Positions 8,583 to 17,800 are shown, numbered from the stretch's first letter. The stretch is DNA of 64,000 nt from Burkholderiaceae bacterium (GCA_035511515.1 DATKFG010000077.1:1834-65833), one strand, 5' to 3'. The notes: a model not told the origin generated them from the sequence alone. Program-made: numbers and translations.

Positions 8583-8933
8583 TCAACCGGCCGGATCGGT
8601 GCCGGGCGGCACTCCGATCAGGCGTTCCAGCTCCAGCAGCCAGGGTTCGGAGCGCATCCGGATCTGTGCGTCGGCCCGCAGAATGTCGCGCAGCAGCTCG
8701 ATGCGGCGCTGCTGCTCGACCGCGTTCAAGGGCTCGATCGAGGCGGCCTGCTTCAGGCCCTCGATCCGGTCCCGGCACTTCGTTTCCAGGCGCGCGACCT
8801 CATCCCAGTCTTCGCGGTGCGCGGCGGTCAGCATGTCGCGGCTGAGCTGCGCGACCTCCTGGTAGCGTTCGATCAGGCGGTGCGATGCATCGCCGGCACC
8901 TGCGCGCCACGCATGGCTGTCGTCAGGCGCCAT
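8583..8933 (-). CDS. fliT: flagellar export chaperone FliT
   Basis: 116-aa helical protein immediately after fliS. FliT-like sequence (REDWDEVARLETKCRDRIEGL). Confidence 0.75.
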   Translation of the reverse strand: MAPDDSHAWRAGAGDASHRLIERYQEVAQLSRDMLTAAHREDWDEVARLETKCRDRIEGLKQAASIEPLNAVEQQRRIELLRDILRADAQIRMRSEPWLLELERLIGVPPGTDPAG

Positions 8934-9365
8934 TCAGGCGGCTCGCGCGCGAGAAGCGCTCGCGCCGATCTGGGCCCATGCGGCGCGCAGGTCGGACAAC
9001 AGCGTGCACGCTTCCTCCAGGGCCCGGCGGTCGTTGCGCAGATTCGCCTGCAACAGCCGCATCGTGATGTAGTCGTACAACGAAACCAGCTTCTCCGCCA
9101 GCTGGCCGCCGGCCTCGCGGTCGACGCTGGCCTTCAGCCCTTCCTCGACGATGCGCAGCGCCTTGCCGATCGCCTCGCACTTGGCGGCGACGCGGCGCGT
9201 TCCCATGTGCGCCACCGCGAGGCGGATCGCCTCGATCGCGCCGTCGTACAGCAGCAGCGTCATCCGGTGCGGATCGGCCGACCCGACGGCCGTCTGCACC
9301 GCAACATTCTGATAGGCCTTGGCCCCGAATCCAGACACCTGCGCCTCCCGGCTACCGAGCTCCAT
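8934..9365 (-). CDS. fliS: flagellin-specific chaperone FliS
   Basis: 143 aa. AKAYQNVAVQTAVGSADPHRMTLLLYDGAIEAI is a typical FliS N-terminus. Lies downstream of fliD. Confidence 0.9.
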   Translation of the reverse strand: MELGSREAQVSGFGAKAYQNVAVQTAVGSADPHRMTLLLYDGAIEAIRLAVAHMGTRRVAAKCEAIGKALRIVEEGLKASVDREAGGQLAEKLVSLYDYITMRLLQANLRNDRRALEEACTLLSDLRAAWAQIGASASRARAA

Positions 9366-9433
9366 TCCCTATTTCGGCGCCCCCGAGCACCCGGTTTAGC
9401 CCGGGCAGCAGCCGTTAAGCCGCGGAAAACCGG

Positions 9434-10981
9434 TCAAGCCGGCAGGCCCGCCAGCGCGTTGGCCAGCGCGACCTGGTTCTCCTGCGCGACGACCAGATCG
9501 CTGTTCAGTTTGCTGTACTGCGCGATCAGGCGCTGCTGGGTCTGGTCGAGCTGGGTCTGCATCTGCGCCATCTGGTCGTTCATCGAGGTAATGGTCGACT
9601 GCAGGCTGGTCTGCGTTCCCCCCAGCAGGCCGGTGGGCGAGAGCATCGTTTCGACCGACGAGGACAGCTGAACCGCGAACCCTTGCTGGCTTCCGGTGCC
9701 GGTCGCGTTTGAAAACAGCTGCGCCACCGCTGTCGGGTTGGCCGACAGCGCCGAACCGAGCTTGCTCGTGTTCAGGCTCAGCGTTCCGTTCGCCTGGAAA
9801 TCGATGCCCACGTCCGCCAGCCATGAAAGGCCCGTCACGCCGCTGACCTGGCTTCCCAGGATCGAGCGCAGTTGCGAACTGAGCGCGAACATCGAGGCAT
9901 CGCCGGTCAAGGTCGACGGCGTGTTGGTGCTGGAGTTGTACGAGGTCAGACTGTTTTCGACGTTGACCAGGCTGTTGTAGGCCTGGACGAAGTTGTTCAC
10001 GCTGGTGCTGACCGCGCTGTTGTCGCTGCCGACGGTGATCTGCGCCTGCAGCGTCGAGGCGGGCGCCGGCGCTTGTGTCAGGTTCAGCGTCAGGCCGCTG
10101 ATGGCGGTAGTGATCGAATTGGTCGAAGACGTCAACGGCAATCCGTTGATGCTGTACAGGGCATCGGCGGCCGGCTGGGTCTGGGTCAGGTTCTTGCCGG
10201 CACCAGCGGTCGCGGTCGGATCGAACGCCAGTTGCGACAACCCGGAGGTGTTCGTGTTGGTGCCGTCGGCGTCCGCCACCGTCAGCATGAACTGGTTGGC
10301 GGTGCCGGTGCTGCTCGACGTCAGCACCAGGCGGCTGCCGAAGTTGTCGGTCACGATCGAGGCATTGACGCCGGCCGCGGCGCTGTTGATCGCGGCCGCA
10401 ATTCCGCCCAGCGTGTTGTTGCCCGAGTTGATCGTGATATTGACCGGGCTCGACCCCGACTGGGCGGTGAACGTGTTGGTGCCGGAGGTATAAGTGCCCA
10501 GCTGGATCGTCAGCGTGCCGGTGCCCACCACCGTGGAGGCACTGGCGAGCGGCGCCGAGGCCGTGGCCTGCGCCTGGGCAATGGCCGACACGATCACCGA
10601 GTAGGAGCCCGCTGCCGGCGAACCGGTCACCGTCGCGCCGACCCCGGTGCCGGTCACGGTGGCCTGCGAGGCGGTGAACGCAGAGCTCGTCTTCAGCGCC
10701 GTCACCGCGGTGTCGAGACTGGACAGCGCGCTTTGAACCTGTCCGAAAGCGCTCAGCTTGGACTGGACACCCGATTCCTGCGACTTCAGCTGTGTCAGGG
10801 GCTGCGACTCGACCGTCATCAGCTCGCTCACCAGCGTGTTCACGTCGATCGGACCGGTGCTGATCGGGCTGCCGGTCAGCGACGTGCTCGGGCTGCTGGT
10901 TCCGTTGGACGAGTTCACCCCGTTCAGCGTGCTCGACAGCAGCGAGGCGAGCGAGTTGGAGGTCGTGCTCCCGATGGTCAT
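9434..10981 (-). CDS. fliD: flagellar filament cap protein FliD
   Basis: 515 aa. Ser/Thr-rich, with FliD-type N- and C-terminal helical regions (LTQLKSQESGVQSKLSAFGQVQSAL; QRLIAQYSKLNSDL). Confidence 0.9.
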   Translation of the reverse strand: MTIGSTTSNSLASLLSSTLNGVNSSNGTSSPSTSLTGSPISTGPIDVNTLVSELMTVESQPLTQLKSQESGVQSKLSAFGQVQSALSSLDTAVTALKTSSAFTASQATVTGTGVGATVTGSPAAGSYSVIVSAIAQAQATASAPLASASTVVGTGTLTIQLGTYTSGTNTFTAQSGSSPVNITINSGNNTLGGIAAAINSAAAGVNASIVTDNFGSRLVLTSSSTGTANQFMLTVADADGTNTNTSGLSQLAFDPTATAGAGKNLTQTQPAADALYSINGLPLTSSTNSITTAISGLTLNLTQAPAPASTLQAQITVGSDNSAVSTSVNNFVQAYNSLVNVENSLTSYNSSTNTPSTLTGDASMFALSSQLRSILGSQVSGVTGLSWLADVGIDFQANGTLSLNTSKLGSALSANPTAVAQLFSNATGTGSQQGFAVQLSSSVETMLSPTGLLGGTQTSLQSTITSMNDQMAQMQTQLDQTQQRLIAQYSKLNSDLVVAQENQVALANALAGLPA

Positions 10982-11005
10982 GGTCCGCCCTTGAAAGCGT
11001 CGTCT

Positions 11006-11356
11006 TCAGGCCTTGCCGCGCAGCAGGGTGCCGCGCGTCGATGCTCCCGACAACGCGCGCGCCGCGGCCAGCATCTCGTCGGACGGTACCTGCCGAATCA
11101 CCGTATTCGTTCGGGTGTCGACAATCTTGACCAACATCCGTCCCAGCTTATCGTCGAAAACAAACGTCAATTCTCGGTTACTCTGATCGAGCTGCTGGTT
11201 GGCCGCTGCGACCGCAGCCTTCAGCTCGGCAAGTGTCGGGGCAGCCACGCTCTGCTGGGGCTCGGAGTGCGCCGGCACCGCGGCCGCGGAGGATTTCGGG
11301 TTGGCACCCACGGCGACGCCCGGGGCGGCCTGCGCCGCCGGCATATCGACCGTCAT
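11006..11356 (-). CDS. flaG: flagellar protein FlaG
   Basis: C-terminal NRELTFVFDDKLGRMLVKIVDTRTNTVIRQVPSDEML is FlaG-like. Start set at ATG 11356 (MTVDM, AGGA about 7 nt upstream). The track start at 11476 lies upstream of the sigma28 promoter at 11439-11465. ATG 11386 is an alternative. Confidence 0.75.
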   Translation of the reverse strand: MTVDMPAAQAAPGVAVGANPKSSAAAVPAHSEPQQSVAAPTLAELKAAVAAANQQLDQSNRELTFVFDDKLGRMLVKIVDTRTNTVIRQVPSDEMLAAARALSGASTRGTLLRGKA

Positions 11357-11438
11357 TGAGTGTCCTACCGGACCGATGTTTTGCATGATGCAACGAAGAC
11401 TCTCGAAACCGGAACGCCTGCTCACCGCCCTCCTCTGA

Positions 11439-11465
11439 GATTCGGCAGCACCGGCGCCGACTTTA
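11439..11465 (-). promoter_or_regulatory. sigma28 (FliA)-type promoter for flaG-fliD-fliS-fliT...
   Basis: The minus strand reads TAAAGTCG-N11-GCCGAATC. Compare the enteric consensus TAAAGTTT-N11-GCCGATAA. Confidence 0.6.
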
Positions 11466-11503
11466 GTCCCGCTCACGGGATGGGGCTCCGATCCGGACGG
11501 GCC

Positions 11504-11533
11504 AAAGAAAAGCGCCCTCCTTCCGGAGGGCGC
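11504..11533 (-). terminator. intrinsic terminator downstream of fliC
   Basis: Hairpin GCGCCCTCC-(4 nt)-GGAGGGCGC at 11512-11533, followed on the minus strand by TTTTCTTT. A second GC hairpin lies at 11546-11564. Confidence 0.65.
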
Positions 11534-11574
11534 CTGTCGTGCGTCGGGCCGCGGTGCGCGGCCCGGGTGCCGGC

Positions 11575-12405
11575 TTACTTCAACAGGTTCAGGACCGATT
11601 GCGGCAGCGCATTGGCCTGGGCCAGCATGGCGGTGCCAGCCTGCTGCAGGATCTGCGCCCGCGTCAGGGACGACGTTTCCGTTGCGTAATCGGCATCGCG
11701 GATCCGGCTTTGGGCCGCCGACTGGTTGGTGATACCGGTCTGCAGATTCGAAACGACGCCCTGGAACTCGGCCTCCGTGGCACCGTACTTGGCGCGCTCG
11801 GTGTTGACCGCCGACAGCGCCGTGTCGATGGTGCTGATCATCGACGATGCGCTGCTATTCGTCAGGATGGTCGCCACCGTCGTCGTCACCGCGGTGATCG
11901 ACGCGTTGGTCGCCATGTTGGTGGTCGTCACCGAGATCGTCTCGCCGGCGTTGGCACCGACCTGGTAGACCCCGGTGCCTGCGTTGGAGCCCAAAATGTT
12001 CAGGCCATTGAAGGTCGTGGTGGTCAGTTCGCGGTTGATTTCAGACGCCAGCGACGTGAATTCCGTGTTCAGGTTCACCAGATCGCTCGAGCCATTGGTC
12101 TGGTTGGACGCCTGAACCGCCAGATCGCGCATCTGCTGCAGCATGCCGCCGACGGTCCCCAGCGTGCCGTCCGCGACCTGCGACAACGAGATCGCGTCGT
12201 TGGCATTGCGGACCGCAACCTGCATGCCGCTGACCTGCGAGCCCATCCGCGTCGAGATCGCCAGACCGGCCGGATCGTCCATCGCGCTGTTGATCCGCAG
12301 GCCCGACGACAGACGCTGAACCGCCGTCGCCAGCGAATTCTGCGTGTTGTTCAGGTTGGCCTGCGCCGTCATCGACAGAATGTTCGTATTGATGATTTGT
12401 GGCAT
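11575..12405 (-). CDS. fliC: flagellin
   Basis: 275 aa. MPQIINTNILSMTAQANLN...RLSSGLRINSAMDDPAGLAIS N-terminus and RIRDADYATETSSLTRAQILQQAGTAMLAQANALPQSVLNLLK C-terminus. Short Ser/Thr-rich central part. Confidence 0.95.
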   Translation of the reverse strand: MPQIINTNILSMTAQANLNNTQNSLATAVQRLSSGLRINSAMDDPAGLAISTRMGSQVSGMQVAVRNANDAISLSQVADGTLGTVGGMLQQMRDLAVQASNQTNGSSDLVNLNTEFTSLASEINRELTTTTFNGLNILGSNAGTGVYQVGANAGETISVTTTNMATNASITAVTTTVATILTNSSASSMISTIDTALSAVNTERAKYGATEAEFQGVVSNLQTGITNQSAAQSRIRDADYATETSSLTRAQILQQAGTAMLAQANALPQSVLNLLK

Positions 12406-12542
12406 TTGAAGCTCCTTTTCCTCTCTAACCGAACTGCAGCCCGATCAAGGGGCCGGGTTGACCCTTTACCCAAGCGGCTGCCGTTCACGTAATGGCGCCT
12501 GCCGGTATGTCCGCGCGCCGGATCGACGTCGCGTTACTTGCC

Positions 12543-12570
12543 TTATCGGTGTCCGTACGTAGGGACTTTA
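12543..12570 (-). promoter_or_regulatory. sigma28-type promoter P1 of fliC
   Basis: The minus strand reads TAAAGTCC-N12-ACCGATAA, about 140 nt upstream of the fliC ATG. Confidence 0.65.
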
Positions 12571-12757
12571 GGAAACCGCTGCATTTGGTGTGCCACGGGC
12601 ATCGGCTAGCACGTTCTGATAAGAGGGCCGCAGGCATGACAATTCGGCGCATCAGCCGAGCGGTTGAAAAAAAAGCGCGCCGGTGACCGTGGTCGACGCG
12701 GCGCGCAGGGCGGGGGAGAAAACTTTGGCGGTCGGTGACGACGTCGCCTCCACCGGG

Positions 12758-12784
12758 TTATCGGCGTGCCACCGTGCGGCTTTA
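12758..12784 (-). promoter_or_regulatory. sigma28-type promoter P2 (consensus -10), oriented toward fliC
   Basis: The minus strand reads TAAAGCCG-N11-GCCGATAA, about 350 nt upstream of the fliC ATG, inside the fliC/flhDC divergent region. Confidence 0.55.
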
Positions 12785-12985
12785 GGGCATTCGTGAGATA
12801 GCCGCCTGCCTGCAAGTCCTTGGAAAACCACGTGTAGGGCCAATTCCTACAGAAGTTCTGCCCTGTTTCCGACACCTGATTTGGCGATGCCCCGATTCAA
12901 CGCTGCCGGTGAGGTCGCCCAGAATGGGCCCACTTCGCAACGCAATCCGGACCTTCGCAAGTCCGACCCTCTGGAGGAAGAAAAA

Positions 12986-13330
12986 ATGAGCAACCCGCCC
13001 GCGATCAACGAACAGCTGCTGCAGGAAGTGCGCGAGGTCAACCTCGCCTACCTGGTGCTGGCCCAGCACATGATCCGCGCCGACAAGGCCCAGGCCCTGT
13101 ATCGGCTCGGCGTCTCGGAGGAAGTGGCCGCCATCATCGACCAGCTCACGCCGGCGCAATTGATGAAGATCGCCGCCAGCAACCAGCTGATCCTGCGCTT
13201 CCGCTTCGACGATGACGTGGTCTGGAATCTGCTGACCAGCCATTCGCGCGCCAAGCTGGCGCCGGGGGCAGCGGTCGCCGGCCTGCACGCCAATATCGTG
13301 ATGGCCGGCCAGTTTGCCGAGAGCAACTGA
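12986..13330 (+). CDS. flhD: flagellar master regulator subunit FlhD
   Basis: ATG 12986 (MSNPPAINEQLLQEVREVNLAYLVLAQHMI), preceded by GGAGG. FlhD-like throughout. The N-terminal 35 aa of the track ORF are rejected. Confidence 0.9.
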   Translation: MSNPPAINEQLLQEVREVNLAYLVLAQHMIRADKAQALYRLGVSEEVAAIIDQLTPAQLMKIAASNQLILRFRFDDDVVWNLLTSHSRAKLAPGAAVAGLHANIVMAGQFAESN

Positions 13331-13347
13331 GCCGACGGGGTGATCCA

Positions 13348-13896
13348 ATGAGAATCAAGAGCATCGTCAGCGAGAGCCGCCAGATCCAGCGCGCGATCGC
13401 GCTGATCAAGCTGGGCGCGCGCCTGCAGGTCCTGGAATCGGAAACCGACCTGTCGTACGAACGGCTGTTGCGCCTGTACAAGGAAGTGCAAGGCGAGTCG
13501 CCGGCACGCGGCATGCTGCCGTTTTCGACCGACTGGTTCATGACCTGGCAGCCGAACATCCACTCGTCGCTGTTCCTGAACATGTACGAGTACCTGAACA
13601 AGACCACCGAGCTGGAAGAGATCGACGCGATCATCAAGGCCTACGAGCTGTACATCGAACAGACGCGCGCCCAGTCGCTCGAGCCGCTGCTGTCGGTGAC
13701 CCGGGCCTGGCGCCTGGTGAAGTTCGTCGATGCCGGCATGGTCACGCTGACGCCGTGCTGCAAGTGCAGCGGCAAGTTCGTCACCCACACCTACGAGCTC
13801 ACCAAGAACTACGTCTGCGGCCTGTGCGAGCCGCCCGCCCGCGCGGGCAAGGGCCGCGGCAGCCAGCGCAGCGAAGAAGAGGTGCTGACCGCGTAA
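13348..13896 (+). CDS. flhC: flagellar master regulator subunit FlhC
   Basis: 182 aa. SIVSESRQIQRAIALIKLGARLQVLESET and the zinc-site cysteines CCKCSGKF...CGLC. Confidence 0.95.
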   Translation: MRIKSIVSESRQIQRAIALIKLGARLQVLESETDLSYERLLRLYKEVQGESPARGMLPFSTDWFMTWQPNIHSSLFLNMYEYLNKTTELEEIDAIIKAYELYIEQTRAQSLEPLLSVTRAWRLVKFVDAGMVTLTPCCKCSGKFVTHTYELTKNYVCGLCEPPARAGKGRGSQRSEEEVLTA

Positions 13897-13973
13897 AGGA
13901 TGCTGTCGGGCAGCCGGCCCCACCCGGATCGGCTGCCGCACCTGCAGATTGCTCCTTCCTCCTCCGACCCTTT

Positions 13974-13999
13974 ACCCGGCCTGGCCGGGTTCTTTTTTT
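13974..13999 (+). terminator. intrinsic terminator after flhDC
   Basis: ACCCGG-(loop)-CCGGGT hairpin followed by TCTTTTTTT. Confidence 0.6.
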
Positions 14000-14095
14000 C
14001 AGCCCGCGCTCCTATCCGTCGAATAGTGCTCGGTGCCGGGACGAGTTCGGCGCTTTCCGCCCGGCGGGTGTGCCTCGCCAAAGCCCCGCGCCGCT

Positions 14096-14122
14096 TAAGT
14101 CAATCGGCCGGATTGCCGAAAA
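14096..14122 (+). promoter_or_regulatory. candidate sigma28-type promoter for motAB-cheYZ
   Basis: TAAGTCAA-N11-GCCGAAAA, about 90 nt upstream of the motA ATG. Confidence 0.45.
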
Positions 14123-14208
14123 ATGCTTAGCGCATAAGAGACTGGGGACGGGCGGGGCGGCGGCAATGCGCGCGTCCCGCCTTGCCCTGATCGCCGGGGC
14201 CGGGTTCA

Positions 14209-15063
14209 ATGTTCATCATCGTCGGTTACATCCTGGTCGTAGGTGCCGTACTCGGCGGCTACGCCTTGGAAGGCGGGGCGTTTCGCGTCCTGCTGCAGCC
14301 GATCGAGTTCTTCATCATCGCCGGGGCGGCCATCGGCGCCTTCATAACCGGCAATTCGACCAAGGTGCTGGGCGCGACGGCCAGGTCGGTGCCGAAGCTG
14401 CTGCAGGGCTCCAAGTACACCAAGGCGCGCTACATGGCGCTGATGGCGCTCCTGTTCGACATCCTGACCAAGGTCCGCAAGGAAGGGATGATGGCGATCG
14501 AGTCCGATGTCGATGAACCGCGCAAGAGCCCGCTGTTCCAGAAACATCCGACCGTGGCTGCCGATCATCACCTGGTCGAGTTCATCACGGACTACCTGCG
14601 GATGATGGTTTCCGGAAACATGAACCCGCTGGAGATCGAAAACCTGATGGATCAGGAGATCGACACGCACCATCACGAGGCCATGGCCCCCTCGCACGCG
14701 CTGCAGAAGGCCGGTGACGGTCTGCCCGCCTTCGGCATCGTGGCGGCCGTGATGGGGGTCGTCAAGACGATGGCCTCGGTGGGCCAGCCGCCCGCGATCC
14801 TGGGCGAAATGATCGCGGCCGCGCTGGTCGGCACGTTCCTGGGCATCCTGATTTCGTACGGTTTCGTCAGCCCGCTGGCGCAGTTGCTGGAGCAGAAGGT
14901 GGACGAATCGACCAAGGAGCTGCATTGCGTGAAGGCCACGCTGCTGGCCAGCCTGCAGGGCTACGCACCAGCGGTCGCGGTGGAATTCGGCCGCAAGATC
15001 CTGTACTCGACCGAGCGGCCGACCTTCGTCGAGCTCGAAAAGCACGTGAAGCAGAAACGGTAG
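14209..15063 (+). CDS. motA: flagellar stator protein MotA
   Basis: 284 aa. MFIIVGYILVVGAVLGGYALEGG N-terminus, four TM segments, MotA/TolQ/ExbB channel region. Confidence 0.95.
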   Translation: MFIIVGYILVVGAVLGGYALEGGAFRVLLQPIEFFIIAGAAIGAFITGNSTKVLGATARSVPKLLQGSKYTKARYMALMALLFDILTKVRKEGMMAIESDVDEPRKSPLFQKHPTVAADHHLVEFITDYLRMMVSGNMNPLEIENLMDQEIDTHHHEAMAPSHALQKAGDGLPAFGIVAAVMGVVKTMASVGQPPAILGEMIAAALVGTFLGILISYGFVSPLAQLLEQKVDESTKELHCVKATLLASLQGYAPAVAVEFGRKILYSTERPTFVELEKHVKQKR

Positions 15064-15103
15064 TGCGATCGGGCGCCGCGCGGCGGCGCCGACAAAGGCG
15101 GAC

Positions 15104-16195
15104 ATGGCAACCAGCTCGGGCGAAAAGGCCAAATCGACCATCGTCATCAAGCGGATCAAGAAGACCGGCCGTGCCGCGCACGGGGCCGCCTGGAAGATCG
15201 CCTACGCCGACTTCGTGACCGCGATGATGGCGTTCTTCCTGCTGATGTGGCTGCTGGGATCGACCACCAAGGGCGATCTGAAGGGCATCGCCGAGTACTT
15301 CCAGACGCCGCTTCAGGTCGCCATGAGCGGCGGCAGCGGCTCGGGCGACGCCACTTCGATCATCAATGGCGGCGGCGAAGACCTGACCCGGGTGGTCGGC
15401 CAGCGCAAACGCGGTGAGCAGGAAAACCGCCGCAAGAGCGCCGAACACCAGCAGCAGGAGCGGCGCAAGATCGAGGAGCTCACGCGGATGGAGGAGCTCA
15501 AATCGCGGATGGAAGGGGCCATTTTGGCCAACGCGACCCTGTCCGAGTTCCGCAATCAGATCCGGGTGGCCATCACCCCGGACGGCCTGCGCATCCAGAT
15601 CGTCGACGATTTCAACCGTCCGATGTTCGACCTGGGCGGAGCCAAGGTCAAAAGCTACATGCGCGAGATCCTGCGCGAGATCGGCAAGGTCCTGAACCAG
15701 GTCGACAACAAGGTCGCCCTGACCGGCCACACCGATTCGGCCCCCTACGCGGGCGGCCAGCGTTCCTACTCGAACTGGGAGCTGTCGGCCGATCGCGCCA
15801 ACGCTTCGCGGCGTGAGCTGATCGCGGGCGGCATGGAACCGCAGAAAATCGCGCGCGTGGTCGGGTTGGCCGACTCGAACCTGCTGGACAAGGAGGACCC
15901 GCGCAACCCGCTGAACCGCAGGATCTCGATCATCGTGCTGAACAAGATCGCCGAGGAGCGGCTGCAGCGCGCCGGCGGCGAGATCGAGGCGGGCGCCCCC
16001 GATGAGCTGTCGCAGGCGCTGCCCGAGAACGCGGCCTCCTCCGCCAAGGCTCCGGAGGCCGGGGCCGGGGCCGCCCAGGCTCCGGAGGCCGGGGCCGCCG
16101 CCCCCGGCGCTACGCCCACCGACGCCTCCGCCAACGCTACGTCGGCCGAGGCCGCCGAAGCCGCGGCGCAAGCCGCGGCGAAGGCGGCCCGATGA
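15104..16195 (+). CDS. motB: flagellar stator protein MotB (OmpA-like domain plus Ala/Glu/Pro-rich tail)
   Basis: 363 aa. [24 protein letters not shown] carries the conserved Asp. OmpA-like [17 protein letters not shown]. Confidence 0.95.
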   Translation: MATSSGEKAKSTIVIKRIKKTGRAAHGAAWKIAYADFVTAMMAFFLLMWLLGSTTKGDLKGIAEYFQTPLQVAMSGGSGSGDATSIINGGGEDLTRVVGQRKRGEQENRRKSAEHQQQERRKIEELTRMEELKSRMEGAILANATLSEFRNQIRVAITPDGLRIQIVDDFNRPMFDLGGAKVKSYMREILREIGKVLNQVDNKVALTGHTDSAPYAGGQRSYSNWELSADRANASRRELIAGGMEPQKIARVVGLADSNLLDKEDPRNPLNRRISIIVLNKIAEERLQRAGGEIEAGAPDELSQALPENAASSAKAPEAGAGAAQAPEAGAAAPGATPTDASANATSAEAAEAAAQAAAKAAR

Positions 16196-16331
16196 ATCGC
16201 TGCAGGCCCCGAATCGTAATGTTTGCGCGAGCTTTTCCGGGATTCGGAGCGCTGGCCGCGCCCGCACAATCAGGTCGCGTTCCGGGCGCCCGGCCGTGGC
16301 CGCGCTATCCCAGGCAATCGCAGGAGATGAA

Positions 16332-16715
16332 ATGAACGGCGATATCCGCTTCCTGATCGTCGATGACTTTTCGACCATGCGCCGGATCCTGCGCAACCTG
16401 CTGAAGGAAATCGGCTTCGGCAACGCCGAGGAGGCCGAGGACGGCGCGGTGGCCTTGTCCATGCTGAAAACCACCAAGTTCGATTTCGTCGTCTCCGATA
16501 TCAACATGCCCAACATGAACGGTTTCGAGCTGCTTAAGAATGTCCGCTCGGACGAGACGCTCAAATCGATTCCGTTCCTGATGGTGACGGCCGAGGCCAA
16601 GAAAGACGACATCGTGCAGGCCGCACAGGCCGGAGCCAGCGGCTATATCGTCAAGCCGTTCACCAAGGCGACGCTGGAAGAAAAAGTGCAGAAGATCCTG
16701 ACCAAACAGAACTGA
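16332..16715 (+). CDS. cheY: chemotaxis response regulator CheY
   Basis: 127 aa from [18 protein letters not shown]. Phospho-acceptor context [15 protein letters not shown]. Internal start within the 237-aa track ORF. Confidence 0.95.
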   Translation: MNGDIRFLIVDDFSTMRRILRNLLKEIGFGNAEEAEDGAVALSMLKTTKFDFVVSDINMPNMNGFELLKNVRSDETLKSIPFLMVTAEAKKDDIVQAAQAGASGYIVKPFTKATLEEKVQKILTKQN

Positions 16716-16725
16716 GGCGGCGACC

Positions 16726-17439
16726 ATGGGCCACATCGATGCAGCCGCGCAGGCTGCTCCAACACAACCGGACGCCGCCACGGCAGCGCCGCCCGCCTCC
16801 GCCACGCTGACCGGGCCGGAGTCCGAGGAAACGATTCACCAGCGCATCGGTCAGCTCACGCGCACGCTGCACGACGCGTTGCGCGAGCTCGGCTACGACC
16901 GCGAGCTGATGGACGCCCGCGACAACCTGCCCGACGCCCGCGACCGCCTGGCCTATATCGCGCGAGTCACGGGCGAAGCGGCCGAAAAGGTGCTCAACGC
17001 GGTGGACCGCGCGCGCAGCGTTCAGCAGGAGCTCACCGAGCAGGTCGGCGACTTGCGCCAGCGATGGCAGGCGGTGGCCGCCTTTGCCGCCGGCGGCAAA
17101 GCCTGCACGCCGGCCGGCAAGCAGCTGATCGACGAGACCTGCGATTTCTTCGGCAGCATCGGCGGCCAGACCGACCGCACCAACGCGATCCTGACCGACA
17201 TCATGATGGCGCAGGACTTCCACGACCTGACCGGACAGGTGATCCGGCGCGTGGTGGTGCTGGCCCAGGGGCTGGAAGAGCAATTGCTCAAACTGCTGAT
17301 CGAGACGACGCCGCCCGCCCAACGCCCGCGGCTCGAAGCCAAGCACCTCGAAGGACCGGTCGTCTCGCCGGTCGCTCGCAACGACGTCGTGGCCGACCAG
17401 CAGGGGGTCGACGACCTGCTGGCCAGTCTCGGATTTTAA
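16726..17439 (+). CDS. cheZ: CheY-P phosphatase CheZ
   Basis: 237 aa. MAQDFHDLTGQVIRR catalytic-Gln motif. C-terminal CheY-binding peptide GVDDLLASLGF. Confidence 0.9.
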   Translation: MGHIDAAAQAAPTQPDAATAAPPASATLTGPESEETIHQRIGQLTRTLHDALRELGYDRELMDARDNLPDARDRLAYIARVTGEAAEKVLNAVDRARSVQQELTEQVGDLRQRWQAVAAFAAGGKACTPAGKQLIDETCDFFGSIGGQTDRTNAILTDIMMAQDFHDLTGQVIRRVVVLAQGLEEQLLKLLIETTPPAQRPRLEAKHLEGPVVSPVARNDVVADQQGVDDLLASLGF

Positions 17440-17461
17440 GAAAGGAAAGGAACCGGCCCGC

Positions 17462-17800
17462 TCAAACGGGCATGTTCATGATCTGGTCGTAGGCCTGCAC
17501 CAGCCGGTTGCGAACCTGCACGGCTGCCGCAAACGAGATGCTGGCCTTGCTCATCGCGACCACCGTGTCTTCCAGTCCGACGTCTGGATTTTGCAGCGCA
17601 AACTGCCGCTGCAGCTCGTCGGACTGCGCTTGACTGTGGCTGACCGCCTTCAGCGCCGCGTCCAGGGACGAGGCGAAATCGAAGCCTTTGCCAGCAGCCT
17701 CCTTCGCCAGGGCTTCGGAGGTCAAGGCGGCCGCAGACGAAGCGGCCGGCGCGCCCGCGACGGCCGTGGCAATCTGAGCGTTGATCGATCCAAGATCCAT
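17462..17800 (-). CDS. fliE: flagellar hook-basal body protein FliE
   Basis: 112 aa. C-terminal VVAMSKASISFAAAVQVRNRLVQAYDQIMNMPV. Confidence 0.9.
   Translation of the reverse strand: MDLGSINAQIATAVAGAPAASSAAALTSEALAKEAAGKGFDFASSLDAALKAVSHSQAQSDELQRQFALQNPDVGLEDTVVAMSKASISFAAAVQVRNRLVQAYDQIMNMPV

Noticed and set aside
12881-12985. The N-terminal 35-aa extension of FlhD given by the ORF track.
   Set aside because: The extension is not FlhD-like. A GGAGG RBS sits directly before ATG 12986, where the conserved FlhD sequence begins.
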